A model generated the notes under the pieces. It searched no databases. It saw nothing but the letters and a program-made list of their open reading frames with translations, and had not been told where the DNA came from. DNA of 64,000 nt from positions 20,828-84,827 of the forward strand of contig CAZDRL010000002.1 in assembly GCA_964508035.1 (NCBI GenBank), given 5' to 3'. The translations under genes were made by a program, and so were the position numbers. Position 1 is the first letter of the stretch. The number at the start of each line of letters is the position of its first letter. The stretch comes from an uncultured Desulfuromonas sp. (GTDB lineage: Bacteria; Desulfobacterota; Desulfuromonadia; Desulfuromonadales; Desulfuromonadaceae). This document shows positions 8,908 through 19,083 of this stretch, in pieces.

Positions 8908-9672
8908 ATGCTACTGGTTGTCGACGTAGGTAACACCAACACAGTTCTGGGGCTCTTCCATGAAGACAAGCTCCTGCACGACTGGCGCATCCGTACCGAT
9001 CAGTCGCGTACGGATGACGAATGCGCCATGCTGTTGAACGACCTTATGACTTATAGTGGCTTTCAGATTTCGCAGGTAAACGCAGTAATTATTTCGTGCG
9101 TGGTACCCCCCCTTCTTGATGCGCTTACGCGGATGAGTCGCAGGTACTGCGGGGTTGAACCTCTTGTGGTGAACACGCAGATTAAAACCGGGATGAAGAT
9201 CGCTTACGACAATCCACGCGAGGTTGGCGCCGATCGTATTGTGAATGCGGTTGCTGCGTATGCACGCTACAAAAGTGCTTTGATAATCGTAGACTTTGGC
9301 ACCGCGACCACCTTTGACTATATCAGTGCCGACGGGGTGTATCAGGGGGGCGCCATCGCTCCGGGGGTGAGAATCTCCGCCGATGCCCTGCACGAAAACG
9401 CGAGCAAGTTGCCCCGGGTCTCTCTTGAACTCCCCCCTTTGGTAGTGGGGCGGAACACGGTCAACAGTATGCAGTCGGGGCTGTTGTTCGGCTACGCCGG
9501 CCTCGTGGATGGGATAGTTATGCGCATGAAAGCCGAGGTTAAAGATCATCCCCAGGTTATCGCCACCGGGGGGTTGGCCGAGCAGATTGCGAAAGCTGCC
9601 ACCTCTATTGACGCCGTAGAGGGGCAACTGACCCTCGATGGACTGCGGCAACTGTATATGCTCAACCGATAA
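8908..9672 (+). CDS. coaX: Type III pantothenate kinase
   Basis: 254 aa. N-terminal LLVVDVGNTNTVLG and ASKHA-fold motifs (DFGTATTFD, ATGG). Confidence 0.9.
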   Translation: MLLVVDVGNTNTVLGLFHEDKLLHDWRIRTDQSRTDDECAMLLNDLMTYSGFQISQVNAVIISCVVPPLLDALTRMSRRYCGVEPLVVNTQIKTGMKIAYDNPREVGADRIVNAVAAYARYKSALIIVDFGTATTFDYISADGVYQGGAIAPGVRISADALHENASKLPRVSLELPPLVVGRNTVNSMQSGLLFGYAGLVDGIVMRMKAEVKDHPQVIATGGLAEQIAKAATSIDAVEGQLTLDGLRQLYMLNR

Positions 9673-9677
9673 CTTAA

Positions 9678-9709
9678 CCCCGTCAGGACTATGTCCGGCG
9701 GGTTTTTTT
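9678..9709 (+). terminator. Rho-independent terminator after coaX
   Basis: An imperfect ~10-bp stem (cccc-gtc-aggac / gtcc-ggc-ggg) is followed by T7 at 9703-9709. Confidence 0.55.
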
Positions 9710-9793
9710 GTCCGTGGAACATGAAGAGCACACCTGGTGCGATCCGCTCAGATCCGTTCTTCATACGGCATTACCACTATGAAAGGAGTACCC

Positions 9794-11872
9794 ATGGGAG
9801 CAAATCACACGGAGAAATTGAGGAATGTGGGCATTGTTGCACATGGAGGTGCGGGTAAAACCTCATTGGTTGAGGCGATGCTATTCAACACCGGCATGAC
9901 GACGCGCTTCGGCAAAGTGGATGAGGGCAGCTCTAGCATGGATTTTGAGCCTGAGGAGATTAAGCGCAAAATCACTATCAGCTCGAGCTTGAATCACTGC
10001 GTGTGGAAAGATTTCAATCTCAATTTGGTTGACACCCCGGGGTATTCCAACTTTCTCCACGATACGCGCAACTGCATGCGCATTCTGGGGGGAGCGGTGA
10101 TGATTGTCTCCGCTATTAGCGGGGTTAAAACCCAAACCCATAAAATATGGGAGTGGGCAGAAGAGTACGAGATTCCGATGCTCGCGTTTGTAAATAAGAT
10201 GGATCGAGAGCGTGCCGATTTTCTCCGCGCCGTAGACGATATGGAGAAAATGCTCGGGTGCCGCGGGGTTCCGGTCAACATCCCGATTGGAGCGGAAGAT
10301 AATTTTCGCGGCATCATCGATCTGGTGAACATGAAGGCGAGAATCTATCAGTTTGATGAAAAAGGTACCTACACCGAAGAGGAAATACCTGCCGAGTATG
10401 TAGATGAGGCGCAGCGGTTGCGCACGCAGCTGCTTGAAGCGGTGGCTGATGCCGATGATGCCCTGATGGAAAAATATCTTGAAGGGGAAGAGCTCTCGCG
10501 CGATGAGATAATTCGTGGGTTGCGCGAAGGAACCCTGACCGGCACCTTTACCCCGGTTCTGTGTGGCAGCGCTACCGCAAATATCGGGGTGCGCCAGCTC
10601 CTTGACTATATAACCGATTGTCTCCCCTCCCCAGTGGACAAAGGGGTGCAGATTGGTGTCAATCCTGATACGGAGGAGATGGTGGAGCGACACCCCGACA
10701 ATGCTGCACCTTTTTCTGCTATGGTGTTTAAAACCATCAACGATCCTTATTCCGGCAAACTTACCCTGTTTCGGGTGTATTCCGGGACACTCAATTCTGA
10801 CTCCACGGTATATAACTCTACCCAGGGTAAAGAGGAGCGTGTAGGGCAACTGTTGGAGATAGAGGGGAAAAAGCAAGTGCCGGTGGACTGTGCCCGCGCC
10901 GGAGATATAGTCGCGGTGGCAAAGATGAAGATCACCGCTACCGGCGATACCCTGTGCAGCGCCAAAGAAAAGATCCGCTATGAGAGCGTCATACAGATGA
11001 AGCCGGTGATATCCTTCTCCCTCAAGGCGTGCAGTAAAGGGGCTGAAGAGAAGATTGTCTCCGGGTTGCAGCGCCTGATGGAGGAAGATCCAACCCTGCA
11101 GGTCACCCGGGATGAACAGACCCATGAAATGATCCTCTCCGGGATGGGGCAAGTACACATTGAAGTAGCGGTGGAGAAACTCAAACGCAAGTATGGTGTG
11201 GATGTAGAGATGCATGTGCCAAAGGTGCCGTATCGCGAGACCATCCGACGTAAAGCAAGCTTGCAGAGCAAATACAAAAAACAGTCTGGCGGGCGCGGGC
11301 AGTATGGCGACGTATGGGTTGAACTGGAACCGCTGGAGTCTGGCGGAGGGTATGAGTTTGTAGATAAAATTGTTGGCGGGGTGGTGCCGCGCCAGTATAT
11401 CCCCGCAGTCAGCAAGGGGATTCAAGAAGCGATGCAGCGCGGTGTCCTTGGGGGTTTTCCGGTGGTGGATGTAAAGGCAACATTGTTTGATGGATCCCAT
11501 CACTCGGTGGATTCATCGGAGATGGCGTTTAAAATTGCGGGTTCCATGGCGTTCAAAAAAGGGATGGAACAGGCCAAACCGGTGCTTCTGGAGCCAATTA
11601 TGGAGATGGAAGTGATCATGCCGGATGACTGTGTGGGCGATGTGATCGGGGATATAAACTCCCGTCGTGGTAGAGTGTTGGGGGTGGAGCCGCAGGCTGG
11701 CAGTCAGGCCCTTAAGGCCCATGTGCCCATGGCTGAGGTGCTGCGTTATGCACCAGAGCTGCGTTCCATGACTTCCGATAGAGGTTTATTCACCATGGAG
11801 TTTTCTCACTACGAAGAGGTTCCTTCGAACCTGACCGCTAAAATTCTTGCAGAAAATAATGCAGAAGGATAG
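9794..11872 (+). CDS. Elongation factor G paralog (EF-G2-like translational GTPase)
   Basis: 692 aa from ATG 9794, with RBS GAAAGGAG at 9781-9788. The G1 motif is AHGGAGKTS, not the canonical AHIDAGKTT. DTPG and NKMD motifs and EF-G domains II-V are present. It is not located in an str operon. Confidence 0.9.
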   Translation: MGANHTEKLRNVGIVAHGGAGKTSLVEAMLFNTGMTTRFGKVDEGSSSMDFEPEEIKRKITISSSLNHCVWKDFNLNLVDTPGYSNFLHDTRNCMRILGGAVMIVSAISGVKTQTHKIWEWAEEYEIPMLAFVNKMDRERADFLRAVDDMEKMLGCRGVPVNIPIGAEDNFRGIIDLVNMKARIYQFDEKGTYTEEEIPAEYVDEAQRLRTQLLEAVADADDALMEKYLEGEELSRDEIIRGLREGTLTGTFTPVLCGSATANIGVRQLLDYITDCLPSPVDKGVQIGVNPDTEEMVERHPDNAAPFSAMVFKTINDPYSGKLTLFRVYSGTLNSDSTVYNSTQGKEERVGQLLEIEGKKQVPVDCARAGDIVAVAKMKITATGDTLCSAKEKIRYESVIQMKPVISFSLKACSKGAEEKIVSGLQRLMEEDPTLQVTRDEQTHEMILSGMGQVHIEVAVEKLKRKYGVDVEMHVPKVPYRETIRRKASLQSKYKKQSGGRGQYGDVWVELEPLESGGGYEFVDKIVGGVVPRQYIPAVSKGIQEAMQRGVLGGFPVVDVKATLFDGSHHSVDSSEMAFKIAGSMAFKKGMEQAKPVLLEPIMEMEVIMPDDCVGDVIGDINSRRGRVLGVEPQAGSQALKAHVPMAEVLRYAPELRSMTSDRGLFTMEFSHYEEVPSNLTAKILAENNAEG

Positions 11873-11879
11873 TTAATCA

Positions 11880-12950
11880 TTGACCGATAAGATAAAGCGT
11901 AAACAGGATAATGACGGGCAGCTGCAGATCTCAACTGAGGTTGCCCGTCTTGTTTCTCCCGCTGCCGGAGAGGAAGAAAAACGCCGTGCGGTAGCTGGGC
12001 ATCTGCCCCTTTCTATGCCTGACCAGGTTATGCTCTGGTATCTGTTTTACACCCGTACTCCAGATGAACGTGTAAAAGAGTTGTGTTTAGAGGGGATGAA
12101 AAACAGCAGCGTTATGGCACTGAAACCGATGTTGCGCGATCCTGATCTTGATTGGCGCATCCTTGAGTTTATCCTGCGTGCGCGCCGCTCCGATCTGCCA
12201 ACCTTGATTATTCTGCGCCCCAACTCATCCGTTCCCGAAGAGAGGTGGGCAGAGATTTTTTCGCTCTGTTCCTACGAGGTGCTCTTATTTTTCTTTGATC
12301 CCAAAAGCCCGTTTGCCCTGAGCCCTGCAGAACTTAAAGCTGCTGCCACCAATCCGCAGGCGACTACGGAGATACATGGCATTGTCGCTTCACGCTTAGA
12401 GGCAGCAGCGGCAAAAGCAGCAGCAAAGCTGGACGAGGCAGAGGGCGAAAGCCCCGAAGATGATGCGGAGCCTTTGGAGGACGAGCAAAAACCTGATTCC
12501 GACACTGTAGCCGATGAGCTTGTCGATGAGCTGGAGGCGCTGACGAAGTATCAGACGATCCAGGAGTTGGGTGTTGGAGATAAGATAAAACTTGCCATGA
12601 GTGGAGACAAAGAATGGCGCTCACTCCTTATCAAGGACAGCAACAAGCAGGTAAGTAGCGCGGTGCTGAAAAATCCGCGCATCACCGAAAAAGAGGTGCT
12701 TCTTCTGTGCCAGAATCGCAGTTCCAACGAGGAACTGATCCGCATCATTCTCCTCAATCGTGAATGGATGAAAAACTACAGTATCCGCCTTGCGCTTACT
12801 ATGCATCCACGCACCCCTTTAAGTCAGGCAATCAGGTTCCTCTCAACTCTGAGCGGGCAGGATCTGCGTAAGCTTTCCAAAAGTCGCAATATCTCCTCGG
12901 CGTTAGTCAATGCGTGCCGGCGGATTGTAGCGACGAAAGCAGAGCGCTGA
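11880..12950 (+). CDS. Hypothetical helical-repeat protein with an acidic central linker
   Basis: 356 aa from TTG 11880, which is 8 nt after the EF-G paralog stop. C-terminal repeats of the type ...NPRITEKEVLLL.. / ..HPRTPLSQAIRFL.. The start codon is uncertain. Confidence 0.5.
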   Translation: MTDKIKRKQDNDGQLQISTEVARLVSPAAGEEEKRRAVAGHLPLSMPDQVMLWYLFYTRTPDERVKELCLEGMKNSSVMALKPMLRDPDLDWRILEFILRARRSDLPTLIILRPNSSVPEERWAEIFSLCSYEVLLFFFDPKSPFALSPAELKAAATNPQATTEIHGIVASRLEAAAAKAAAKLDEAEGESPEDDAEPLEDEQKPDSDTVADELVDELEALTKYQTIQELGVGDKIKLAMSGDKEWRSLLIKDSNKQVSSAVLKNPRITEKEVLLLCQNRSSNEELIRIILLNREWMKNYSIRLALTMHPRTPLSQAIRFLSTLSGQDLRKLSKSRNISSALVNACRRIVATKAER

Positions 12951-13066
12951 GCTGACGTAAGGTTTTTCACTCGAGTATCAGTCTCTGTTCAGCTCAGAGA
13001 TGTGGCTCCATTTCAACGGGCACCTCGCGCGTTTCCGGGCGCGGCAGTATATACGCCGTGGCAGTT

Positions 13067-13095
13067 TTGATTTGACCTGTTGCCTCTGCTATGAT
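13067..13095 (+). promoter_or_regulatory. Candidate sigma70 promoter for the acyl-CoA synthetase gene
   Basis: TTGATT (13067-13072), 17-nt spacer, TATGAT (13090-13095). It lies about 100 nt upstream of the ATG at 13199. Confidence 0.3.
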
Positions 13096-13198
13096 ATTCA
13101 AAAAAACGTTTTAAAATCACATTGTTATCCACGCTAAACCCGTGTTTGGCAGCGTCAAACCGTGGTTTGTTTTAAGTACACTAAAGGAGATTTGAATC

Positions 13199-14851
13199 AT
13201 GGCAGGACTGTTGGATAGTACCGTAGGTGGCATTTTGGAACAGATGGCAGAGCGTTTTCCTGACAACGATGCTCTGGTGTATCCGGACCGAGGCCTGCGC
13301 TACACCTATGCCGAATTTAATGCGCTGTGTGACCGGGTAGCACGCGGGCTGCTCGGAATGGGGATTAAAAAAGGGGAGCATATTGCAATCTGGGCCACCA
13401 ATGTGCCTGAATGGGTGATTCTGCAGTTTGCAAGTGCCAAAATGGGCGCGATACTGGTGACGGTAAACACCAGTTACAAATCTTCAGAGCTTGAATATGT
13501 CCTGAATCAGTCCGATTCATGCGCGCTGTTTATGGTTTCTGGTTTCAAAGATACCGACTACGTGAAGACCGTGCGCAACGTGGTGCCGGAACTCGACAGC
13601 GCCACGGATGGCAAATTCAAGAGCGCTAAACTCCCTTTTCTGCGGCATGCGGTGTTTATTGGTCCAGATACTCCCACGGGAATGTTGAATTTTGAGGAGA
13701 TCGAAGCACATGGGGAGAAGGTCTCCGCTGCAGAGTTTGCGGCGGTGAAACAAAGTCTAACGGTGCACGAGGTTATCAACATGCAGTACACCTCGGGAAC
13801 CACCGGATTCCCGAAAGGGGTGATGCTCACCCACTACAATATCGTTAACAACGGGTTCAACATCGGCGAATGTATGCGCTTTAGTGAAAAAGATCGCCTG
13901 TGCATCCCGGTGCCGTTTTTCCACTGTTTTGGTTGCGTGCTCGGAGTTATGGCCTGTGTCACCCATGGTACAACAATGGTGCCAGTAGAAACGTTTGCGC
14001 CCGAGAAAGTGCTGCAGGCGGTGGAGGCAGAAAAGTGCACCGCTCTCCACGGGGTGCCCACCATGTTTATCGCCGAACTTGATCACCCAACCTTTGAGCA
14101 CTTCGATCTCTCTTCGCTGCGCACGGGGATTATGGCCGGTTCTCCATGCCCCATCGAAGTGATGAAGCGTGTAATTCGCGATATGCACTGTGACGAGATC
14201 ACTATTGCCTATGGTCAGACAGAGGCATCTCCGGTTATCACCCAAACCCGCACCGATGATCCCATTGAGCTGCGTGTTTCCACGGTGGGGCGTGCTCTGC
14301 CAGAGGTGGAGGTGAAAATTATCGATATCGAAACCGGTGAAACCCTCCCTCCTGGCAAGCAGGGAGAATTGTGTACCCGCGGTTACCACGTGATGAAGGG
14401 GTATTACAAGATGGAAGATGCCACCGCCAAGGCGATTGATGCTGACAACTGGCTCCACACCGGGGATCTGGCGATCATGGATGAGAACGGTTACTGCAAG
14501 ATCACTGGGCGGATCAAAAACATGGTTATCCGGGGGGGAGAAAACATCTATCCGCGTGAGATTGAGGAGTTTCTTTATACCAACCCTGCTATAGCTGATG
14601 TGCAGGTGTACGGAGTGCCGGATCGCAAGTACGGCGAACAGGTGATGGCGGCGATTAAACTCAAAGATGGGGCAACGCTGACCGAAGAGGGTGTGAAGAG
14701 TTTCTGTCGCGGGCAGATTGCCAACTACAAAATTCCGTACTACATAAAGTTTGTAGATGAATTCCCCATGACCGCCAGCGGCAAGATTCAGAAATTCAAG
14801 CTGCGCGAACTCGCCATCAGCGAGCTGAAGTTAGAAGATATTCAGAACTGA
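13199..14851 (+). CDS. AMP-dependent acyl-CoA synthetase/ligase (fatty-acid-CoA ligase family)
   Basis: 550 aa. AMP-binding motif [12 protein letters not shown], plus [12 protein letters not shown] and the C-terminal ..SGKIQK. Confidence 0.85.
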   Translation: MAGLLDSTVGGILEQMAERFPDNDALVYPDRGLRYTYAEFNALCDRVARGLLGMGIKKGEHIAIWATNVPEWVILQFASAKMGAILVTVNTSYKSSELEYVLNQSDSCALFMVSGFKDTDYVKTVRNVVPELDSATDGKFKSAKLPFLRHAVFIGPDTPTGMLNFEEIEAHGEKVSAAEFAAVKQSLTVHEVINMQYTSGTTGFPKGVMLTHYNIVNNGFNIGECMRFSEKDRLCIPVPFFHCFGCVLGVMACVTHGTTMVPVETFAPEKVLQAVEAEKCTALHGVPTMFIAELDHPTFEHFDLSSLRTGIMAGSPCPIEVMKRVIRDMHCDEITIAYGQTEASPVITQTRTDDPIELRVSTVGRALPEVEVKIIDIETGETLPPGKQGELCTRGYHVMKGYYKMEDATAKAIDADNWLHTGDLAIMDENGYCKITGRIKNMVIRGGENIYPREIEEFLYTNPAIADVQVYGVPDRKYGEQVMAAIKLKDGATLTEEGVKSFCRGQIANYKIPYYIKFVDEFPMTASGKIQKFKLRELAISELKLEDIQN

Positions 14852-14960
14852 GGCGTAGAGGCAATTTGTGGAGATGAGAATCCGCGAATTGCCCCTCCAT
14901 TTTGGTCTAGACAGAAGTGGTGTGCGCGCTGTTGTTTTACCCGCCCAGCATGAATATGTC

Positions 14961-15665
14961 TTACAATGGGGCTGTAAAAATAAGCCACAGACCGCCACAC
15001 ACCACCAGAAAACCGCAGACCTGTTTTAGGATCACTGCCCCCTTCGAGTGCTCGTTCCAGTTCAGGTAATGTTGCACTGTTTCGGTAAAGGTTCCGGCTA
15101 GGACAATCACTGCACAGTGGCCAATTCCGTAAGCGAGCAACAGCAGCGTGGCGTAGAGCATGCTTTCTGCCGCGGCGCTGAACGCAACCCCTAGAACCGG
15201 CCCCATAAATGCAAACGTACATGGTCCCAGCGCTATGCCGAAAATCAGTCCCAAGATGAAGGCAGCAAGTAATCCTTTGCGCTGCATCCCTATGTGCCCC
15301 GGGGCAGAAAATGGCACCGCCACCACCCCCATAAGGTGGAGACCAAACAGAATAAATATCCCTGCAACAAGCCAGTTGCCCCATGGGCCCAGATTGCCGA
15401 GCATGCGCCCGGCCACAGCGGTAGCGAGCCCGATCAGGGCGATTGAGAGCAAAATCCCGATGCTGAACAGCGTCGAGACCACAAATGCGCGGCGGATGCT
15501 GATTTTTCCCTGCCCGTTAATAAACCCCACAATCAGCGGAATACTTGCCAGATGACACGGCGAGAGGATGATGCTTAAAATCCCCCAGCCAAACGCGGCC
15601 ACAAGGGCTAACAGCGGGGCACCAGAAACCGCTTGGCTCATGCTTGAAAGCACCTGTTGCAGCAT
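14961..15665 (-). CDS. ccdA: Cytochrome c biogenesis thiol-disulfide transporter CcdA (DsbD transmembrane family)
   Basis: 234 aa polytopic membrane protein with the paired Cys-containing TM motifs ..LSPCHL.. and ..ALGPCTF.. The start overlaps the stop of the upstream thioredoxin gene by 1 nt. Confidence 0.85.
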   Translation of the reverse strand: MLQQVLSSMSQAVSGAPLLALVAAFGWGILSIILSPCHLASIPLIVGFINGQGKISIRRAFVVSTLFSIGILLSIALIGLATAVAGRMLGNLGPWGNWLVAGIFILFGLHLMGVVAVPFSAPGHIGMQRKGLLAAFILGLIFGIALGPCTFAFMGPVLGVAFSAAAESMLYATLLLLAYGIGHCAVIVLAGTFTETVQHYLNWNEHSKGAVILKQVCGFLVVCGGLWLIFTAPL

Positions 15666-16087
15666 CAGTTGTTATCCTCGAAGCGATATCCCAGTTCCGC
15701 CCATTTTTGTATGATTTCCTTCCGACTGTAGAAACCCACGTGGCGGTACAACTCCGTGCCATCGGGAGCATAAAAGATCTGCGTGGGGATCATTTTGACA
15801 TTATACGCCGCGGCCTGTTCTTTGTTTTTCCATACATCGATGAACTCCACCCCCATCTCAGCGTGGAAATCTTGTTTCAGTTGTTCCAACAGCGGCGCCA
15901 TCTTCTGACATGGGATACATTTGTCTGCCCCTAGATCTACCAAGCGGGGAATGCCGGTGGCCTGGTGTACCGGGGTGCGCTCTTCTGTGCCGCTATTGGT
16001 GTTGTTGCACCCCCCCAGTGCGCACAAGAGCAGGAGTAGCGGTATTATGCCCAGTGTAGCCAGGTTCGATTTTAAGTATTTAAACAT
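15665..16087 (-). CDS. Thioredoxin-fold thiol:disulfide oxidoreductase lipoprotein (ResA/TlpA-like)
   Basis: 140 aa. Lipobox LCALGGC and active site CIPC. It is translationally coupled to ccdA. Confidence 0.8.
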   Translation of the reverse strand: MFKYLKSNLATLGIIPLLLLLCALGGCNNTNSGTEERTPVHQATGIPRLVDLGADKCIPCQKMAPLLEQLKQDFHAEMGVEFIDVWKNKEQAAAYNVKMIPTQIFYAPDGTELYRHVGFYSRKEIIQKWAELGYRFEDNN

Positions 16088-16146
16088 TGGTTGTCTCCCT
16101 GGAGGTGTCTTAGATGTGGTGGAAATGTGACGCTAGCCCATTTGTA

Positions 16147-16174
16147 GCCTATTTGGCAATGTAGCCAAATAGGC
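16147..16174. repeat. Perfect 11-bp inverted repeat in the divergent trx-ccdA / secA control region
   Basis: gcctatttggc-aatgta-gccaaataggc. A further tagcc-containing half-site-like copy lies just upstream. Confidence 0.6.
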
Positions 16175-16370
16175 AAGAAAGTCAAGGCTTCATATTAGGC
16201 GTTCTCATCCTTAAAGTGTACTGTGTTAATACTTGTCGCTCAGGTGTGATTGTGATACTTTTGAGCCTGTTTTTTAGCTGTAAAATTTTGTCCTTTTTAG
16301 CTGATATTTCTGCCTTTTTTCAGACTGTTCTGGCTTAGGCAGCGAATGACTAACCCAAGCGGAGAAATCG

Positions 16371-19055
16371 ATGATCCGTTCCATAGCAAAAAAGATTTTC
16401 GGCACCAAAAATGAGCGCGAACTTAAGCGCATGCAATTTATGGTAGATAAGATTAACTCTCTGGAAGCGCAGATAAAAGAGCTTGATGACACAGCCCTGC
16501 AGGGGAAAACGGCTGAATTCCGCCAACGCCTAGAGCAGGGCGAAACCCTGGACGAGCTACTCCCCGAGGCTTTCGCCGTAGTGCGTGAAGCAGCCTGGCG
16601 CGTATTGGAAATGCGTCATTTCGATGTTCAGCTTGTCGGTGGGATGGTGTTGCATCAGGGCAAGATTGCGGAGATGAAGACCGGGGAGGGGAAAACCCTG
16701 GTTGCGACCCTGGCAACCTATTTGAATGCCCTGCCCGGTAAAGGGGTGCATGTGGTGACGGTGAACGACTACCTCGCAAAACGTGACTCCGAATGGATGG
16801 GGCGCCTGTACAATTTTCTGGGTTTGAGCGTGGGCTGCATTGTGCACGGAATTTCGGATGAGGAGCGCAAAGATGCGTATCAGTTCGATATTACCTACGG
16901 TACCAATAATGAGTTCGGCTTCGACTATCTGCGCGACAACATGAAGTTCGATCTGGATGAGTATGTACAGCGCGATCTGAATTTTGCCATTGTGGATGAG
17001 GTTGACTCTATCCTGATTGATGAAGCGCGTACCCCCTTGATCATCTCTGGCCCCAGCGATGTCTCCAGTGACCTCTACACCCAGGCAAACAACGTGATTC
17101 CACGTCTGACGCGGGGTGAGATTATCGAACACCGCAATGCAGGCAAAGTGGGGCAGACCGAAAAAGAGTTCACCGGCGACTACACCGTGGATGAAAAGGC
17201 CAAAAGCGCCGCATTAACCGAGAATGGCGTGGCAAAGGTGGAGAAGATCCTCGGGGTGGATAATCTGTACGATCCCAGACATATCGAATTACTCCACCAT
17301 GTGAATCAGGCGCTCAAGGCGCATGCGCTGTTCAAAAAAGAGGTGGACTACGTCGTTAAAGATGGAGAGGTGTGCATTGTAGACGAGTTCACCGGACGTC
17401 TGATGCCGGGCCGGCGCTGGAGTGACGGGCTGCACCAGGCGGTGGAGGCCAAAGAGGGGGTCACGGTTGAAAAAGAGAATCAGACCCTCGCTACTATCAC
17501 CTTTCAGAACTACTTCCGCATGTACGACAAACTTGCAGGGATGACGGGAACTGCAGATACCGAAGCGCAGGAGTTTTCTGAAATCTATAAGCTCGATGTG
17601 GTCGTTATCCCCACCAATCGCCCGAGTAAGCGGCATGACTTTGCCGATCTTATCTACAAAACCGAAGCGGAAAAATTCAACGCGGTTATTGAAGATATTG
17701 TGGAGTGTAATGCACGGCGTCAACCGGTGCTGGTGGGTACCATCTCTATAGAAAATTCGGAGCGTCTGGCGGAAAAACTCAAAAAACGTGGAGTTAAACA
17801 CAATGTGTTGAACGCTAAACACCACGCTATGGAAGCGGAGATTGTAGCCCAGGCAGGGCGCGCCGGTGCGGTGACCATCGCAACCAACATGGCGGGTCGC
17901 GGTACCGACATCGTTCTGGGAGGTAATGCCGAGATGATGGCGGAAGCCGCAACGGGAGCCAGTGGCGATCCCGAGCGCTTTGCTGAACTGCTGGAGCAGT
18001 TTACTGCCCAGTGCAATTCCGAACGTGAAGAGGTTCTTGAGTCAGGGGGACTGTACATCCTTGGCACCGAGCGTCACGAATCGCGCCGCATCGACAATCA
18101 GCTGCGTGGGCGCGCCGGACGTCAGGGAGACCCGGGGGCGAGCCGCTTCTATCTGAGCCTTGAAGATGATTTGTTGCGCATTTTCGGCAGCCAGCGTGTC
18201 TCCTACGTGATGGAAAAGCTTAAAATTCCCGAGAATGAGCCTATTGAACATGGGATCATTTCGCGCGCGATAGAAAATGCACAGAAAAAAGTGGAAGGGC
18301 AGAACTTCGAGGTGCGTAAGCATCTGATTGAGTACGATGATGTTATGAACCGCCAGCGCGAGGTGATCTATACCCAGCGTCGCGAAGTGCTGGGGGGAGA
18401 AGATATCCGTGAGACCTGGAATGCCATGATTGAAGAGATGGTGGAGGATATGGTGGCAACCTTCTGTCCGGAGAAAACTCCGATGCAGGACTGGAACCTC
18501 TCCTCCCTCGCAGATGATTTCCACAGCCAGTTCCACTTCTGGCCGCAACTGCCTGGCGAAGAGGATCGCACTACGCAAGCTGAACTGGAGCAGAGTCTGA
18601 AGCAGGAGGTGTTCAAGCGTCTGGAAGAGCGGGAAGAGGAACTCACCACCAAGGTGTTTGAATACCTGATGAAGGTGTTGCTCCTGCAGGTGATAGACAG
18701 TAAATGGAAAGATCATCTTCTCTCTATTGATCACCTGAAAGAGGGGATTGGACTGCGCGGCTATGGGCAGAAAAACCCCAAGCAAGAGTACAAGCGCGAG
18801 GCATACAATCTGTTTATAGAGGTTATGGGACGCATCCGTCAGGAGGCGATTCAGAAACTGTTTGTGGTGCAATTAGTACAAGAGCGTGATGTAGAGCAGA
18901 TGGAAGCAGAGCAGAAGCGGCGCAAAGTTATCACCAACCGCAGCGATGAGCCTAAACAACCCCAGACCGTGGTGCGTACTGAGGAAAAAGTGGGACGCAA
19001 TGAACCGTGCCCGTGCGGCAGTGGCAAGAAGTATAAAAGGTGCTGCGGACGTTAG
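16371..19055 (+). CDS. secA: Preprotein translocase ATPase SecA
   Basis: 894 aa. [11 protein letters not shown] Walker [20 protein letters not shown], and C-terminal zinc finger [14 protein letters not shown]. Confidence 0.97.
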   Translation: MIRSIAKKIFGTKNERELKRMQFMVDKINSLEAQIKELDDTALQGKTAEFRQRLEQGETLDELLPEAFAVVREAAWRVLEMRHFDVQLVGGMVLHQGKIAEMKTGEGKTLVATLATYLNALPGKGVHVVTVNDYLAKRDSEWMGRLYNFLGLSVGCIVHGISDEERKDAYQFDITYGTNNEFGFDYLRDNMKFDLDEYVQRDLNFAIVDEVDSILIDEARTPLIISGPSDVSSDLYTQANNVIPRLTRGEIIEHRNAGKVGQTEKEFTGDYTVDEKAKSAALTENGVAKVEKILGVDNLYDPRHIELLHHVNQALKAHALFKKEVDYVVKDGEVCIVDEFTGRLMPGRRWSDGLHQAVEAKEGVTVEKENQTLATITFQNYFRMYDKLAGMTGTADTEAQEFSEIYKLDVVVIPTNRPSKRHDFADLIYKTEAEKFNAVIEDIVECNARRQPVLVGTISIENSERLAEKLKKRGVKHNVLNAKHHAMEAEIVAQAGRAGAVTIATNMAGRGTDIVLGGNAEMMAEAATGASGDPERFAELLEQFTAQCNSEREEVLESGGLYILGTERHESRRIDNQLRGRAGRQGDPGASRFYLSLEDDLLRIFGSQRVSYVMEKLKIPENEPIEHGIISRAIENAQKKVEGQNFEVRKHLIEYDDVMNRQREVIYTQRREVLGGEDIRETWNAMIEEMVEDMVATFCPEKTPMQDWNLSSLADDFHSQFHFWPQLPGEEDRTTQAELEQSLKQEVFKRLEEREEELTTKVFEYLMKVLLLQVIDSKWKDHLLSIDHLKEGIGLRGYGQKNPKQEYKREAYNLFIEVMGRIRQEAIQKLFVVQLVQERDVEQMEAEQKRRKVITNRSDEPKQPQTVVRTEEKVGRNEPCPCGSGKKYKRCCGR

Positions 19056-19083
19056 GCTTAAGGCAGATACCAGGAGAACACAG

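Noticed and set aside
18946-19083. ORF-track N-terminal extensions: argJ from 18946, livF fusion from 36208, livH from 41492, ackA from 48305, rimK from 51465, EF-G paralog from 9737, and the DUF4388 protein from 4966.
   Set aside because: The extensions overlap the upstream gene or lack an RBS. Internal Met codons with good Shine-Dalgarno sequences give N-termini that match the respective families.
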